Notes under the pieces: model-generated
Seen by the model: the letters and a program-made list of their open reading frames with translations, nothing else
Told to the model about the DNA's origin: nothing
Databases searched by the model: none
Made by a program: the position numbers and the translations under genes
In this document: positions 1 to 7,970 of the stretch, in pieces
Layout of the letters: the number at the start of each line of letters is the position of its first letter
Position numbering within the stretch: the stretch's first letter is position 1
Origin: Opitutia bacterium KCR 482
Lineage (GTDB): Bacteria; Verrucomicrobiota; Verrucomicrobiia; Opitutales; Intestinicryptomonadaceae
Direction: 5' to 3'
Assembly: GCA_029269845.2 (NCBI GenBank)
Contig: CP149973.1
Span: 840,001-872,000, forward strand
DNA: 32,000 bases

Positions 1-1
1 G

Positions 2-529
2 GGGATTTATTCGAGAAACGAATACAGGCGCACGCTCTATTCCTTTTTCAAATTTTGCAAGATGCAGGACTGGCTCGACGTCAACCCCGTTGAGAAAGTG
101 GAAAGCTGGCGAGCAAGGGGCAGAACGCCCGGAATATTCACGCCCGAAGAAGTGCGAAAAATTCTAAACTCCACGCCGCCGCAAAGCGAAATCCGCGCAT
201 TTACAGCCATAGCCGCCTTTACAGGAATACGCAACGCCGAGCTAAAAAGGCTGACTTGGGACAAAATAAGGCTCGACGACCGAGAAATCATACTCGACAG
301 CGAAATTACAAAAACGGCGTCGCGCAGAATCGTAAAGATTCCAGAAAACTTGGCGAAATGGCTCGAACCGTACGTCTGGGATCTCGGCACGAAGAAAAAG
401 ATTCTTACAAGGCGAAAAGTTCCAGTGTTAAAAAAGCTGCACGAGAGCCTCGGCAAAGGCAACTGGATAAAGAACGGCCTGCGCCATTCAGCGGCGACCT
501 ACTACCTCGCTCTGACAAAGAACGCATAA
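2..529 (+). CDS. Tyrosine recombinase (phage-type integrase) fragment. The 5' end runs off the window and the 3' end appears truncated before the catalytic Tyr, so it is probably a pseudogene.
   Basis: The reading frame is open from nt 2, so the ATG at 62 is internal. It has a box I-like TGIRNAELKRLTWDKI and the start of box II, NGLRHSAATYY. It stops 10 codons later (TAA 527-529) without the usual LGH...Y segment. Confidence 0.75.
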   Translation, partial: GIYSRNEYRRTLYSFFKFCKMQDWLDVNPVEKVESWRARGRTPGIFTPEEVRKILNSTPPQSEIRAFTAIAAFTGIRNAELKRLTWDKIRLDDREIILDSEITKTASRRIVKIPENLAKWLEPYVWDLGTKKKILTRRKVPVLKKLHESLGKGNWIKNGLRHSAATYYLALTKNA

Positions 530-533
530 CTCG

Positions 534-1619
534 TTGCCACCCTTGCCACCTTCTTTTGATGTCGAAACAAAAGATGTTTTAAAGGCATGTTTAGAAGCAA
601 CCAGATCATTAGCCGAACTGAAAGGGATTGGAAGTATTCTTCCTGATCAGTCTATATTGATAAATTCAATACCATTACAAGAAGCAAAATTAAGCTCAGA
701 AATTGAAAATATAGTCACAACTCAAGACAAGCTATTCCACGCTAATTTGATAAATGAGAGTAATATTATAAAAGAATCTTCTTATAGCGAAGATAAAATA
801 GACCCTGCGACAAAGGAGGTCATAAAATACAGAACTGCATTAAAATACGGTTACGATGAAATAAGACTACGTAAAAGACCGTTTGATTTAAGATTGATTA
901 GAGACATTTGCTCTATCTTAAGAGGGAAAAGTGTAGATTTTAGAGATTATGGATCTAATGTTGCTCTCGCAAATCCTTATACGCAGGAACGAAGATATAC
1001 TCCGCCAGAAGGTGGAGTCGTTCTAAAGAATAAACTTGATGATTTAGAAAAATATATATTCGAATATAACGAACATGATCCATTAATAAAAATGGCGTTA
1101 ATACATTACCAATTTGAAAGTATTCACCCTTTTGATGACGGAAATGGAAGAACGGGTAGGATTATGAATATTCTATACCTTGTACACGCAGGATTGTTAG
1201 GTATTCCAGTTTTATATCTAAGTAAATATTTGATAGAAAATAAAAACGAATATTATAAGAAGCTGCGCTTAGTTACTGAAAATTCAGAATGGGAATCATG
1301 GGTTCTGTATATGTTAAAAGGCGTCGCCGAAACTGCCCAGATAACAACGAACCGTATAAAACAAATATCTACCCTTTTTTCAGAAATAAGCGATGAAGTT
1401 AAACAAAAAGCTCCCAAAATATATTCTAAGGATCTAATAGAGTCTATATTTAAGCAAGCATATACAAAGGTTTCTTTTCTTGTTCACGACAATATTGCAA
1501 AAAGGCAAACTGCGTCTATATATCTTCAAGAGCTTTCCGCTTTAGGGATATTGGAAGAAATAAAGATAGGCAGAGAAAAAGTATATATAAATTCAAGACT
1601 TGTAGATCTGTTAAGATAA
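534..1619 (+). CDS. Fic/DOC family protein (AMPylase-type, class II with an internal inhibitory helix). The N-terminus may be clipped.
   Basis: HPFDDGNGRTGR matches the Fic motif HxFx(D/E)GNGRxxR. SSEIEN fits the inhibitory motif (S/T)xxxE(G/N). The N-terminus LPPLPPSFDVETK..LAELKG looks like a Fic_N domain. Only a TTG start at 534 is available and the frame opens at 516. The gene is visibly AT-rich compared with the integrase. Confidence 0.85.
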   Translation: MPPLPPSFDVETKDVLKACLEATRSLAELKGIGSILPDQSILINSIPLQEAKLSSEIENIVTTQDKLFHANLINESNIIKESSYSEDKIDPATKEVIKYRTALKYGYDEIRLRKRPFDLRLIRDICSILRGKSVDFRDYGSNVALANPYTQERRYTPPEGGVVLKNKLDDLEKYIFEYNEHDPLIKMALIHYQFESIHPFDDGNGRTGRIMNILYLVHAGLLGIPVLYLSKYLIENKNEYYKKLRLVTENSEWESWVLYMLKGVAETAQITTNRIKQISTLFSEISDEVKQKAPKIYSKDLIESIFKQAYTKVSFLVHDNIAKRQTASIYLQELSALGILEEIKIGREKVYINSRLVDLLR

Positions 1620-1620
1620 T

Positions 1621-1652
1621 TCATGTCGATTTTTTTAAAAAAATCGACATGA
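1621..1652. terminator. Perfect 32-nt A/T-centred palindrome, a likely bidirectional terminator hairpin.
   Basis: TCATGTCGATTTTTTT/AAAAAAATCGACATGA begins 2 nt after the Fic stop. Related TCGACA/ATGTCGA words recur at 1660-1700 and 1989-2010. Confidence 0.45.
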
Positions 1653-2023
1653 ATGTATGATATGTCGATTCGATAAACATATCGAAAAACTTTACTTTGA
1701 TTCTTTTTGAACATTAGATACTTATCTATTTACCAGATGGTATTTTTTTAGGGTCAAGCGCATAATCCATTTATTTTTTAATCCCATTACCATTTGATAA
1801 TAGCCTATTTGAGAATTTTTATTTGGCTGTTTTTTAATAAGACAAATAAAGGCTCTGAAAAACGGAACGCATGGCAAATTTTGCGGAAAATGGAAGTTTA
1901 TATCTTGGAATTCCATTTGTATAACCAGTGTTACATCCTACCCCAAGCAATTTTTGCCAAATTTTTTTGCGCCATATAATCCAAAATCGACACACTTTTA
2001 TTTTGTGTCGTTTTTCAACCTGC

Positions 2024-2043
2024 TTGGGAAACCAGTTTCCCAA
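2024..2043. promoter_or_regulatory. Candidate operator palindrome upstream of the HTH gene.
   Basis: TTGGGAAAC-CA-GTTTCCCAA has 9-bp perfect inverted arms and lies about 85 nt upstream of the ATG at 2129. Confidence 0.4.
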
Positions 2044-2128
2044 CTATTTTTTTCAGCCCTCCAATTCGATTTTTTGCGCAATTTTGCGGCTATTGATTTT
2101 TGAAAAATTTGACACGCGGACATTCTGC

Positions 2129-2386
2129 ATGGAAAAGAAAAAATCCGCAATAACTCAAACATTAACGCAGCCTGACGCAAGCGACAGGCTTTTTACACGC
2201 GCAGAGGTGGCGGAGTATCTCAATATTGGCACAACCTTTATTGAGCAGCTCCGCAGGCAGGGCAAACTGCCGAGCTACCGTCTTTCGGGCAAGTGCATTC
2301 GCTACAAGAAAAGCGATTGCGACGTCCTGCTTGACCACTGCTTTATAGTCCGCCCCGCCAAAAGCGCGAAGAAAGGAGAAATCTAA
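2129..2386 (+). CDS. Small MerR-type HTH DNA-binding protein (AlpA/excisionase-like, HTH_17).
   Basis: LFTRAEVAEYLNIGTTFIEQLRRQGKLPSYRLSGKCIRYKKSDCDVLL matches the excisionase/AlpA HTH pattern. I chose the internal ATG at 2129 rather than the ORF-track start at 1928, because the upstream part is AT-rich with odd composition. The stop overlaps the next start (TAATG). Confidence 0.8.
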   Translation: MEKKKSAITQTLTQPDASDRLFTRAEVAEYLNIGTTFIEQLRRQGKLPSYRLSGKCIRYKKSDCDVLLDHCFIVRPAKSAKKGEI

Positions 2387-3171
2387 TGAGAATTCGCACG
2401 ATAAGCCAAATTTTAGCCGAAGAAAACGAGTCGATGTTTTCATTTGACGACGTTGTTATCGATAAAAACTTTCTGAGCAAGGGTCAAACGTGGGTGATTT
2501 CGGGCGCGACAGGAATCGGCAAAAGCGTTCTTGCCATGCAGCTTTCCCTCGGGCTCGCTTTTGGAGAAAAAACGCTGGGCCTTGAAATTTTTAAGCCCGC
2601 CAAAACGCTTTTGCTCCACAATGAAAACCCGATTATCGACGAGAAGATTTATTTTCGAGGGATTGTCTCGCAGTTTGCGCTCGATGAAAAGCCGAACGCT
2701 GACAGGCTAAACGAAAACCTGCGCATCTCCTGCAAAACAGGCCGCTACTATTCGGTGGACGAATTCATATCGAAACTGGACGCCTCTTTAAGCGCGGGCA
2801 AGTACGATGTGGTAATTGTGGATTCGCTGTCGTCGTTTGTGCATTGCAACTTTTCAGACCATGCGGCGGTTGCCGACCTCTTTTGCAAAATAAATGGGCT
2901 AAAATCGAAGCACAACTTCGCAATGGTCTTGATCCACCACTTCGACAAGCCGATGTTTTGGAGCAAAAGGATTCACCCCGCAAAGTGGTGCATGGGCGGG
3001 AAGGCAATCGGGATTTACGCAAACATAATGTCGGCGCTCGTGGGGACGAAAGAGGAGTCGGTTTTCTCGTTCAGGCATTACAAGCCGTTTGAGGATTCCG
3101 AAATTTCGCAGACGCTCATCGCGCAATGCCAAAACGGCAACACAGCTTGGGAAGAGGTGGAAAATGTCTAG
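2386..3171 (+). CDS. RecA/DnaB-like AAA ATPase (AAA_25-type).
   Basis: Walker A is GATGIGKS and Walker B is YDVVIVDSLSSF. A strong RBS (AAAGGAGAA) lies upstream. The gene is translationally coupled to its neighbours on both sides. Confidence 0.8.
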   Translation: MRIRTISQILAEENESMFSFDDVVIDKNFLSKGQTWVISGATGIGKSVLAMQLSLGLAFGEKTLGLEIFKPAKTLLLHNENPIIDEKIYFRGIVSQFALDEKPNADRLNENLRISCKTGRYYSVDEFISKLDASLSAGKYDVVIVDSLSSFVHCNFSDHAAVADLFCKINGLKSKHNFAMVLIHHFDKPMFWSKRIHPAKWCMGGKAIGIYANIMSALVGTKEESVFSFRHYKPFEDSEISQTLIAQCQNGNTAWEEVENV

Positions 3172-4624
3172 GTTCGTGGCACAAAAAACTCCGCAATTTT
3201 TTGCGACCATGGAGACGCTTTCGGAAGCCTACAAAGAGTTTTACGAAAGCGAATGCCCCATTGACGCCTTTCCGAGGGCTATCCGCGACGTCGCAAGGAC
3301 GTATTCCGTTGGCAGAAATCTGCCAATGGAGCTTCTTTGCTTCTGCGCCTGCGGAATTTTAAGCGGCGCTATGGGCAGAGTGTTCAAGACGAAAAACGCA
3401 GTAAGCGGCGGATACACGCAAACAGGGAATATCTTTGTCCTCGGCGTGGGCGAAAGCTCCACTGGCAAAAGCGCAAGCATTCGCGCCCTTTTCTCCAACT
3501 TGGAAAGAAGGGTTTTGGACGAAATCTTCGAATACAAAAAGGAGCTTGAAAAATTCAAGAAAGCGAAGACAAAGCTCATGCAGGACAAGCTTAACGGCGA
3601 GGACAAATTGGGCTTTGACGACGAAATTGCGGACACGCCCAAGCTCCCGAGAAACCCCGACTTCATCGTGAAAAATTCGACGTCGGAAGCCATGATAAAG
3701 GCGATGGAAGCAAGCGGCGGCGAAATTTTTTCGGTATGCGAGGAAGCCCGCGACAGCATCTATATTGTGGCGGGCAACTATCGCAAGCAGGGCGACGACA
3801 CCGAAACTCTAAACAGCGGCTGGTGCGGCGAGCCCATAAAGCACAACCGAATTGTAAACGGGATTTCAAGCGTTCCCAACCCCTGCATTTCCCTGCTTTG
3901 GATGGTGCAAAACGACGTCATCGACACCATCGTTTCAAAGAACAAAGGCAGCTTTATCGGCAGCGGGTTTCTTGGAAGATTCCTCTACTGCAAAGGCGCT
4001 CCAAAGGCCATTCCAGACTCGAAAGAAATTATCCCGCTCGACGAATCCGCAATTCTCAAATGGGAAAACCTTCTTGCTCAAACCTACCAAACCCGCAAGA
4101 AAGGCCTGCCAGTATGGTTTGACACCGACCAAGACGCCTTCGAGTATTTCTGGGACTTCGACGCATTCAACACGGAACTCATGAACGGCAAACTGCGCAC
4201 GCAGGCTTCTTTGCTTGGCAAGGCAAGGGAAAACGCAATCAGGCTTGCGGTCATTTTCGCGCAGGCTGAAGGCGCGGACCGCATCACCGCCGACATCGCA
4301 AAGCGCGCATGCAGGGTTGTGTCGTATTCAATCTGCGTTTCGGTTGTTTTGTTCTCAAGCGGAATGCTTCCAGAAATCGAAAACGACAGGGCAAAAATGG
4401 ACGCCATGATTCGCCAGAACGACGGCTTCTACAAAAAGATTAGCTTTTTCGACCAGTATTCGAGTTTGCGCAGCGAACGTGTGGAATTTATCGTCCATAC
4501 GTTCCCTGACCTTTACGAAATCGTCAAAAAAGGCAAAGGAAGATACGTCGTTTTAAAGGATAGACTATCCGACGCAAAACAGGCGCTTGGCATCGAAACC
4601 GACGATGACGACGATCTGTTTTAG
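3164..4624 (+). CDS. P-loop protein, DUF3987/YfjI-like (putative replication or helicase-type protein of integrative elements).
   Basis: Walker A-like VGESSTGKS is present. The start ATG at 3164 overlaps the upstream stop (ATGTCTAG). The order int-alpA-like-ATPase-large P-loop protein recalls int-alpA-yfjI modules. The family assignment is from memory and was not searched. Confidence 0.55.
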   Translation: MSRFVAQKTPQFFATMETLSEAYKEFYESECPIDAFPRAIRDVARTYSVGRNLPMELLCFCACGILSGAMGRVFKTKNAVSGGYTQTGNIFVLGVGESSTGKSASIRALFSNLERRVLDEIFEYKKELEKFKKAKTKLMQDKLNGEDKLGFDDEIADTPKLPRNPDFIVKNSTSEAMIKAMEASGGEIFSVCEEARDSIYIVAGNYRKQGDDTETLNSGWCGEPIKHNRIVNGISSVPNPCISLLWMVQNDVIDTIVSKNKGSFIGSGFLGRFLYCKGAPKAIPDSKEIIPLDESAILKWENLLAQTYQTRKKGLPVWFDTDQDAFEYFWDFDAFNTELMNGKLRTQASLLGKARENAIRLAVIFAQAEGADRITADIAKRACRVVSYSICVSVVLFSSGMLPEIENDRAKMDAMIRQNDGFYKKISFFDQYSSLRSERVEFIVHTFPDLYEIVKKGKGRYVVLKDRLSDAKQALGIETDDDDDLF

Positions 4625-4625
4625 C

Positions 4626-4728
4626 AAATAGGGAAAATAGGCAAATAGATAAATAGGCAGAATGTATGAGACCTGCCAGTCGGGGAGAAAATAGGCAAAT
4701 AGGTAAATAGGTGAAATAGACAAATAGA
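4626..4728 (+). repeat. Iteron array 1, forward: nine AAATAGG/AAATAGA words in two clusters.
   Basis: Cluster 4626-4657 has 4 words and cluster 4688-4728 has 5 words, at 8-9 nt spacing. The array starts 2 nt after the stop of the upstream gene. Confidence 0.85.
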
Positions 4729-4800
4729 TTGCAATGCGCATAAAACTTGAAATTTAGTTGACTTTCAAACCGACATCTGGTCTCATGCTTTCTTTATCCC

Positions 4801-4872
4801 GCCCCTGTAGTTCAACGGATAGAACGGGCGTTTCCTAAACGCTAAATCGTGGTTCGATTCCACGTGGGGGCG
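4801..4872 (+). tRNA. tRNA-Arg (anticodon CCU).
   Basis: Manual cloverleaf: acceptor GCCCCTG/TGGGGGC (two G-U pairs), D arm GTTC-AACGGATA-GAAC, anticodon arm GGCGT-TTCCTAA-ACGCT, 4-nt variable loop, T arm CGTGG-TTCGATT-CCACG, discriminator G. No CCA is encoded. Confidence 0.9.
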
Positions 4873-4888
4873 CGGGTATGTTTTTGTT

Positions 4889-4927
4889 AAGCAGCATATT
4901 GCCATTTTTGCGCTCGCTGCTTTTTTT
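4889..4927 (+). terminator. Possible intrinsic terminator after the tRNA.
   Basis: AAGCAGC ... GCTGCTT stem followed by a T7 run. The 20-nt loop is large, so this is tentative. Confidence 0.35.
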
Positions 4928-5058
4928 GTGGGCATAATGCCGTAAGTCCCTAGTAATTGACCTAAAATCTGGCAGAAATCCAGTATATGCCCTTACCATT
5001 TTGGCTTAACGATATGCCCCAAATGGAAGAAAAAATTTCCCCACTGGAAGAATTAATA

Positions 5059-5099
5059 TCTATTTACCTATTTGTCTATTTTACCTATTTCCCCTATTT
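5059..5099 (-). repeat. Iteron array 1, reverse: five CCTATTT/TCTATTT words inverted relative to 4626-4728.
   Basis: Words lie at 5059, 5067, 5075, 5084 and 5093. Extra single copies lie at 5172 and 5444. Together with 4626-4728 they bracket the tRNA gene. Confidence 0.8.
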
Positions 5100-5252
5100 T
5101 GCCGGCAGTGGAGTTGCAGCCCGAACGCCCCGAAGGGAACAGGCGGAGGGCGAAACTTCACTTAGGCAAAATCTATTTCTTAAAAACTCTTTTTTATTCC
5201 ACCTGTTCTATCCCTTGCAGTTTGTCCAACCATTTGGACAAGTTATCGGGTT

Positions 5253-5640
5253 CTGTGAAATAGTCTATGACGTTAAATTCACAAGGTTGGCGATATGGGT
5301 CGAGTTCCATGGTGAAGCCCTCGTCGGTGAAATTAAACCAAGCTCAGTTAGTGAGCAAGTTTTATGCCCCATGAATCCACTGATTGTAAAGCTTTCGGGA
5401 GATGTTTGCTATGGCGTGGTGAAGTTGTGAATTTAACCCAATTTCTATTTAACTTCACCAGTGAAATTAGACCTGTGAAGTTGGGGTATTTTCTTTTTCA
5501 CCCATCGCGCCCGTCTGTGGAGCTGTGAAATTAGGGGGAGATATATACCGTAGGTATATCCCCCAAGTTCACAACTTCACAAGGCGCGAAGGGCGCGGTT
5601 GGGAGGCTTCTTTCTTCTCTCCACAACTCACCGCTTCACA
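5253..5640. repeat. Iteron module 2: GTGAA(A/G)TT words in both orientations around a 31-bp palindrome (5534-5564).
   Basis: Forward words include 5327, 5419, 5427, 5461, 5475 and 5525. The core is GGGGGAGATATATACC-GTA-GGTATATCCCCC. Reverse words AAGTTCAC and AACTTCAC follow at 5566-5581. The tail is AGGCGCGAAGGGCGCGGTTGGGAGGC. Outer inverted TGTGGAG (5516) and CTCCACA (5609) bound the module. Confidence 0.75.
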
Positions 5641-5659
5641 GACAGGTTCGCTATGATGC

Positions 5660-5830
5660 GGAGAAACGGGGAATATGGTGTAATTTCGTTTCTCTGTTTC
5701 TCTGGGGAAACGGACAAACGGGGAAACGGGGAATATTATTTTCCCTATCGCACCGTTAGTGGGGAAACGGGGAAACAGGGAGAGTATATATACCATAGGT
5801 ATATACTCCCGTTTCACCGATTCTCCACAG
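5660..5830. repeat. Iteron module 3: GGGGAAACGG-type words around a 33-bp palindrome (5778-5810), paralogous to module 2.
   Basis: The words are GAGAAACGGGG (5661), CGTTTCTC and TGTTTCTC (reverse, 5686-5702), GGGGAAACGG, ACAAACGG and GGAAACGG (5704-5730), and GGGGAAACGGGGAAACAGG (5761-5779). The core is GGGAGAGTATATATACC-ATA-GGTATATACTCCC. Reverse CCCGTTTCACC follows, then the tail AGGTGCGAAAGGTGCGGTAGGC. Confidence 0.75.
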
Positions 5831-6335
5831 GTGCGAAAGGTGCGGTAGGCTCATCGAGCTGACGAGATTCTCCATGCACCAAAGCAAAGCCGATTAATGG
5901 CTCTATACGAACTCGGGGCGACTTATGAATGTCAAGACTCATATTCGGCAATAGAGCGCCTTTAACGGGTAAAAGACTGCGTTTATTGGCGGGTTAAATT
6001 CGGCGTCATATACAGATGGGGGGGGTATCTAAGGAATCTATTAAACGCTGAGGAACGGCAGGGACGTTCGGCAGGGCGTTTTCTCCTTGCGAATGGCATT
6101 TTTGAAATGTTCCACTTTTTTTCGTTAAGACAGCCCACAATCCAAGTAAAATAGCGCATTCGCAGGCATTTTTTACAGCGGAAAAACTATGGAAAATGTT
6201 CCGTCTTTACGCGGCGCAATCTCCCATTAGCTTAACAACAAGCAACTTGGGAAACGAAAGATTTCCACCCTGCAATTTGCAAACAAAACCAATACGAAAT
6301 CTTAGGTAAAATTAGGAATACATATTGATAAAATA

Positions 6336-7292
6336 TCACTTCAAAAAGTATCCGCCATTTTTGGGCGCGCCCCTAAATTCGATAAACTCGCTTAACGATT
6401 TCAAGTATCGACTAAGCGTTCTGACGGGAATATTCAAGGCCTTTGCAATATCGTTTGTGTTTGCGCCTTGGTTGTTTCGGATAAACTCAAGCACGTCATT
6501 TACTCTGCCATTTAGTCTGCCGTTTACTCTGCCACTTTGGCTTGTTTGGTGCAGTTTTAGAGTCTTTAAAATCTCGCCAAGCATAAAATCCACGAATATT
6601 CCCGAATCGTTTTTTGCGGAGCTATCGTTAATTGCCTCATAATAATTTTGCTGATTATTATAAACCATTGTTTCCACCGGCAAATATTGAAATAATGGAT
6701 TGAACTTGGATAAAATTAAAGACTGCCAAAGCCTTCCCATTCTGCCGTTCCCGTCCGCAAACGGGTGTATAAACTCAAATTCATAATGGAACACGCAGCT
6801 TTTTATAAGCGGGTGGTCTTCCGAATTTTTCAGCCAATCAAATAAATTTTCTATCAATTCCGAAACCATTTCAGCTGGCGGAGCTATGTGGACGGCTTTA
6901 TCGTCGTCAAAGACCCCGACGCCGCCCGACCTAAATTTGCCCGCTTCCGAGACGAGAGATTTCATCATTTCGGAATGCGCTTTCAACAGGTCTGATATGG
7001 AAAAAGGATCATATTTTTGAAAACTATCGTAAGCTTTAATCGCGTTTTTTACTTCCATAATTTCCCTAAGAGGCGCGACAACTTTTTTTCCGTTTAAAAT
7101 ATCGCTAACTTGCTCCTCGGAAAGATTGTTTCCCTCTATCGCAAGCGAGGAATGAATTGTTTTTATCTTGTTGGATTTTCGCAGTCTTAGGGAGTCCTTT
7201 TCCATTAAAATCGAATGCCGTTCTAAGAGCGCGGAAATTTCGGCAATCATAGATATTGCTTTTGCGGACACTGTAAACGGCGGTTTCTTCAT
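6336..7292 (-). CDS. Fic/DOC family protein (class II) with a C-terminal winged-helix DNA-binding domain.
   Basis: HPFADGNGRMGR is the Fic motif. SLAIEGN fits the inhibitory (S/T)xxxE(G/N) motif. The C-terminal NDIAKALNIPVRTLSRYLKSL is HTH-like. Confidence 0.88.
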   Translation of the reverse strand: MKKPPFTVSAKAISMIAEISALLERHSILMEKDSLRLRKSNKIKTIHSSLAIEGNNLSEEQVSDILNGKKVVAPLREIMEVKNAIKAYDSFQKYDPFSISDLLKAHSEMMKSLVSEAGKFRSGGVGVFDDDKAVHIAPPAEMVSELIENLFDWLKNSEDHPLIKSCVFHYEFEFIHPFADGNGRMGRLWQSLILSKFNPLFQYLPVETMVYNNQQNYYEAINDSSAKNDSGIFVDFMLGEILKTLKLHQTSQSGRVNGRLNGRVNDVLEFIRNNQGANTNDIAKALNIPVRTLSRYLKSLSEFIEFRGAPKNGGYFLK

Positions 7293-7404
7293 ACGATTTT
7301 AACAAGCAAACATAGTAAGAATTTTCGTTCCCTTTTCAAGACTTTTAACGCCCAAAGTGCCATTTTGGCACTTTAGAAAATCTCTACATGGCACTTTGGA
7401 ACTT

Positions 7405-7698
7405 TTAGTAATCTTCTGGAAATAGCATAGTGGTAACGCTTCTGTCCCATTCGGTGATTATCCAGATTTTTTCACCGTCTGGAAGCGTGTATGCGGACAG
7501 CAATCTTTCGCCTGTTTTAAGGGCTTGGTCGTTTGCGTCCTTGTCCTCTTGGCAGACATCGCCCCAATCTCCTTGGGCGTGGAGGACAAGATATGGAAGC
7601 AATGCAAAGCGGTTCCTTTCACAATGCTCGAATAAATGTGTTGTTGATACGATTTCACCTAGGCGGAACTTTGATTCTATGAATACTCTTTCTTCCAT
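7405..7698 (-). CDS. Small conserved hypothetical protein (GDWG motif).
   Basis: The 97-aa ORF is tightly packed with its upstream neighbour (2-nt gap). HAQGDWGDVCQEDKDANDQAL...IWIITEWDRSVTTMLFPEDY resembles a small family I recall seeing on plasmids and ICEs, but I cannot name it. Confidence 0.6.
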   Translation of the reverse strand: MEERVFIESKFRLGEIVSTTHLFEHCERNRFALLPYLVLHAQGDWGDVCQEDKDANDQALKTGERLLSAYTLPDGEKIWIITEWDRSVTTMLFPEDY

Positions 7699-7700
7699 GA

Positions 7701-7970
7701 TTACGCTATGTTGAAGGTCGTTTTGATGTATTCTTTGCCTTTGTCCGTAAGCATTAGGACGGCGTCCCGATGCCCAGACCTTGAAATTATGTAGCCTTTC
7801 TTGTTAAGCGAGGACAGCACTCCAGATCGTGTTCTTGCGTTAAGCCCTCGGGCTTTGAGATTGTCCGAAAAGGCGTCAGCCCAAAGTGTGGACTCCACCC
7901 CGCTATCGCAGAATTCGTCCTCTATATAGGCTTGCAGGACTATCTTCTCTTTCTCGGTTAGCTTATCCAT
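7701..7970 (-). CDS. Small hypothetical protein, possibly winged-helix-like.
   Basis: The 89-aa ORF overlaps the upstream gene by 8 nt. I recognise no diagnostic motif. Confidence 0.55.
   Translation of the reverse strand: MDKLTEKEKIVLQAYIEDEFCDSGVESTLWADAFSDNLKARGLNARTRSGVLSSLNKKGYIISRSGHRDAVLMLTDKGKEYIKTTFNIA

Noticed and set aside
1928-2128. Long N-terminal extensions offered by the ORF track: 1928 for the HTH gene, 3089 for the DUF3987-like gene, 8256 for the acidic protein, and 27243 for the 224-aa protein.
   Set aside because: The extensions are compositionally odd. Where internal starts exist they give a good RBS or translational coupling, or a clean signal peptide, so I preferred the internal starts.
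4626-5830. CRISPR array interpretation of the repeated words.
   Set aside because: The repeat units are only 7-10 nt, directly abutting or irregularly spaced, and occur in both orientations. There is no 25-40 nt repeat-and-spacer periodicity.
4987-5862. ORFs 4987-5430, 5072-5263, 5569-5817 and 5599-5862 in the repeat field.
   Set aside because: Their sequences are dictated by the iteron words and palindromes. They have no RBS and no motif support. A short minus-strand frame at about 5198-5340 (..FTDEGFTMELDPYRQPCEFNVIDYFTEPDNLSKWLDKLQGIEQVE) might be a gene remnant but is too short to call.
6325-6642. 105-aa plus-strand ORF overlapping the 3' end of the second Fic gene.
   Set aside because: It is antisense to a Fic gene with intact motifs. 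Its hydrophobic, repetitive translation is an artefact.
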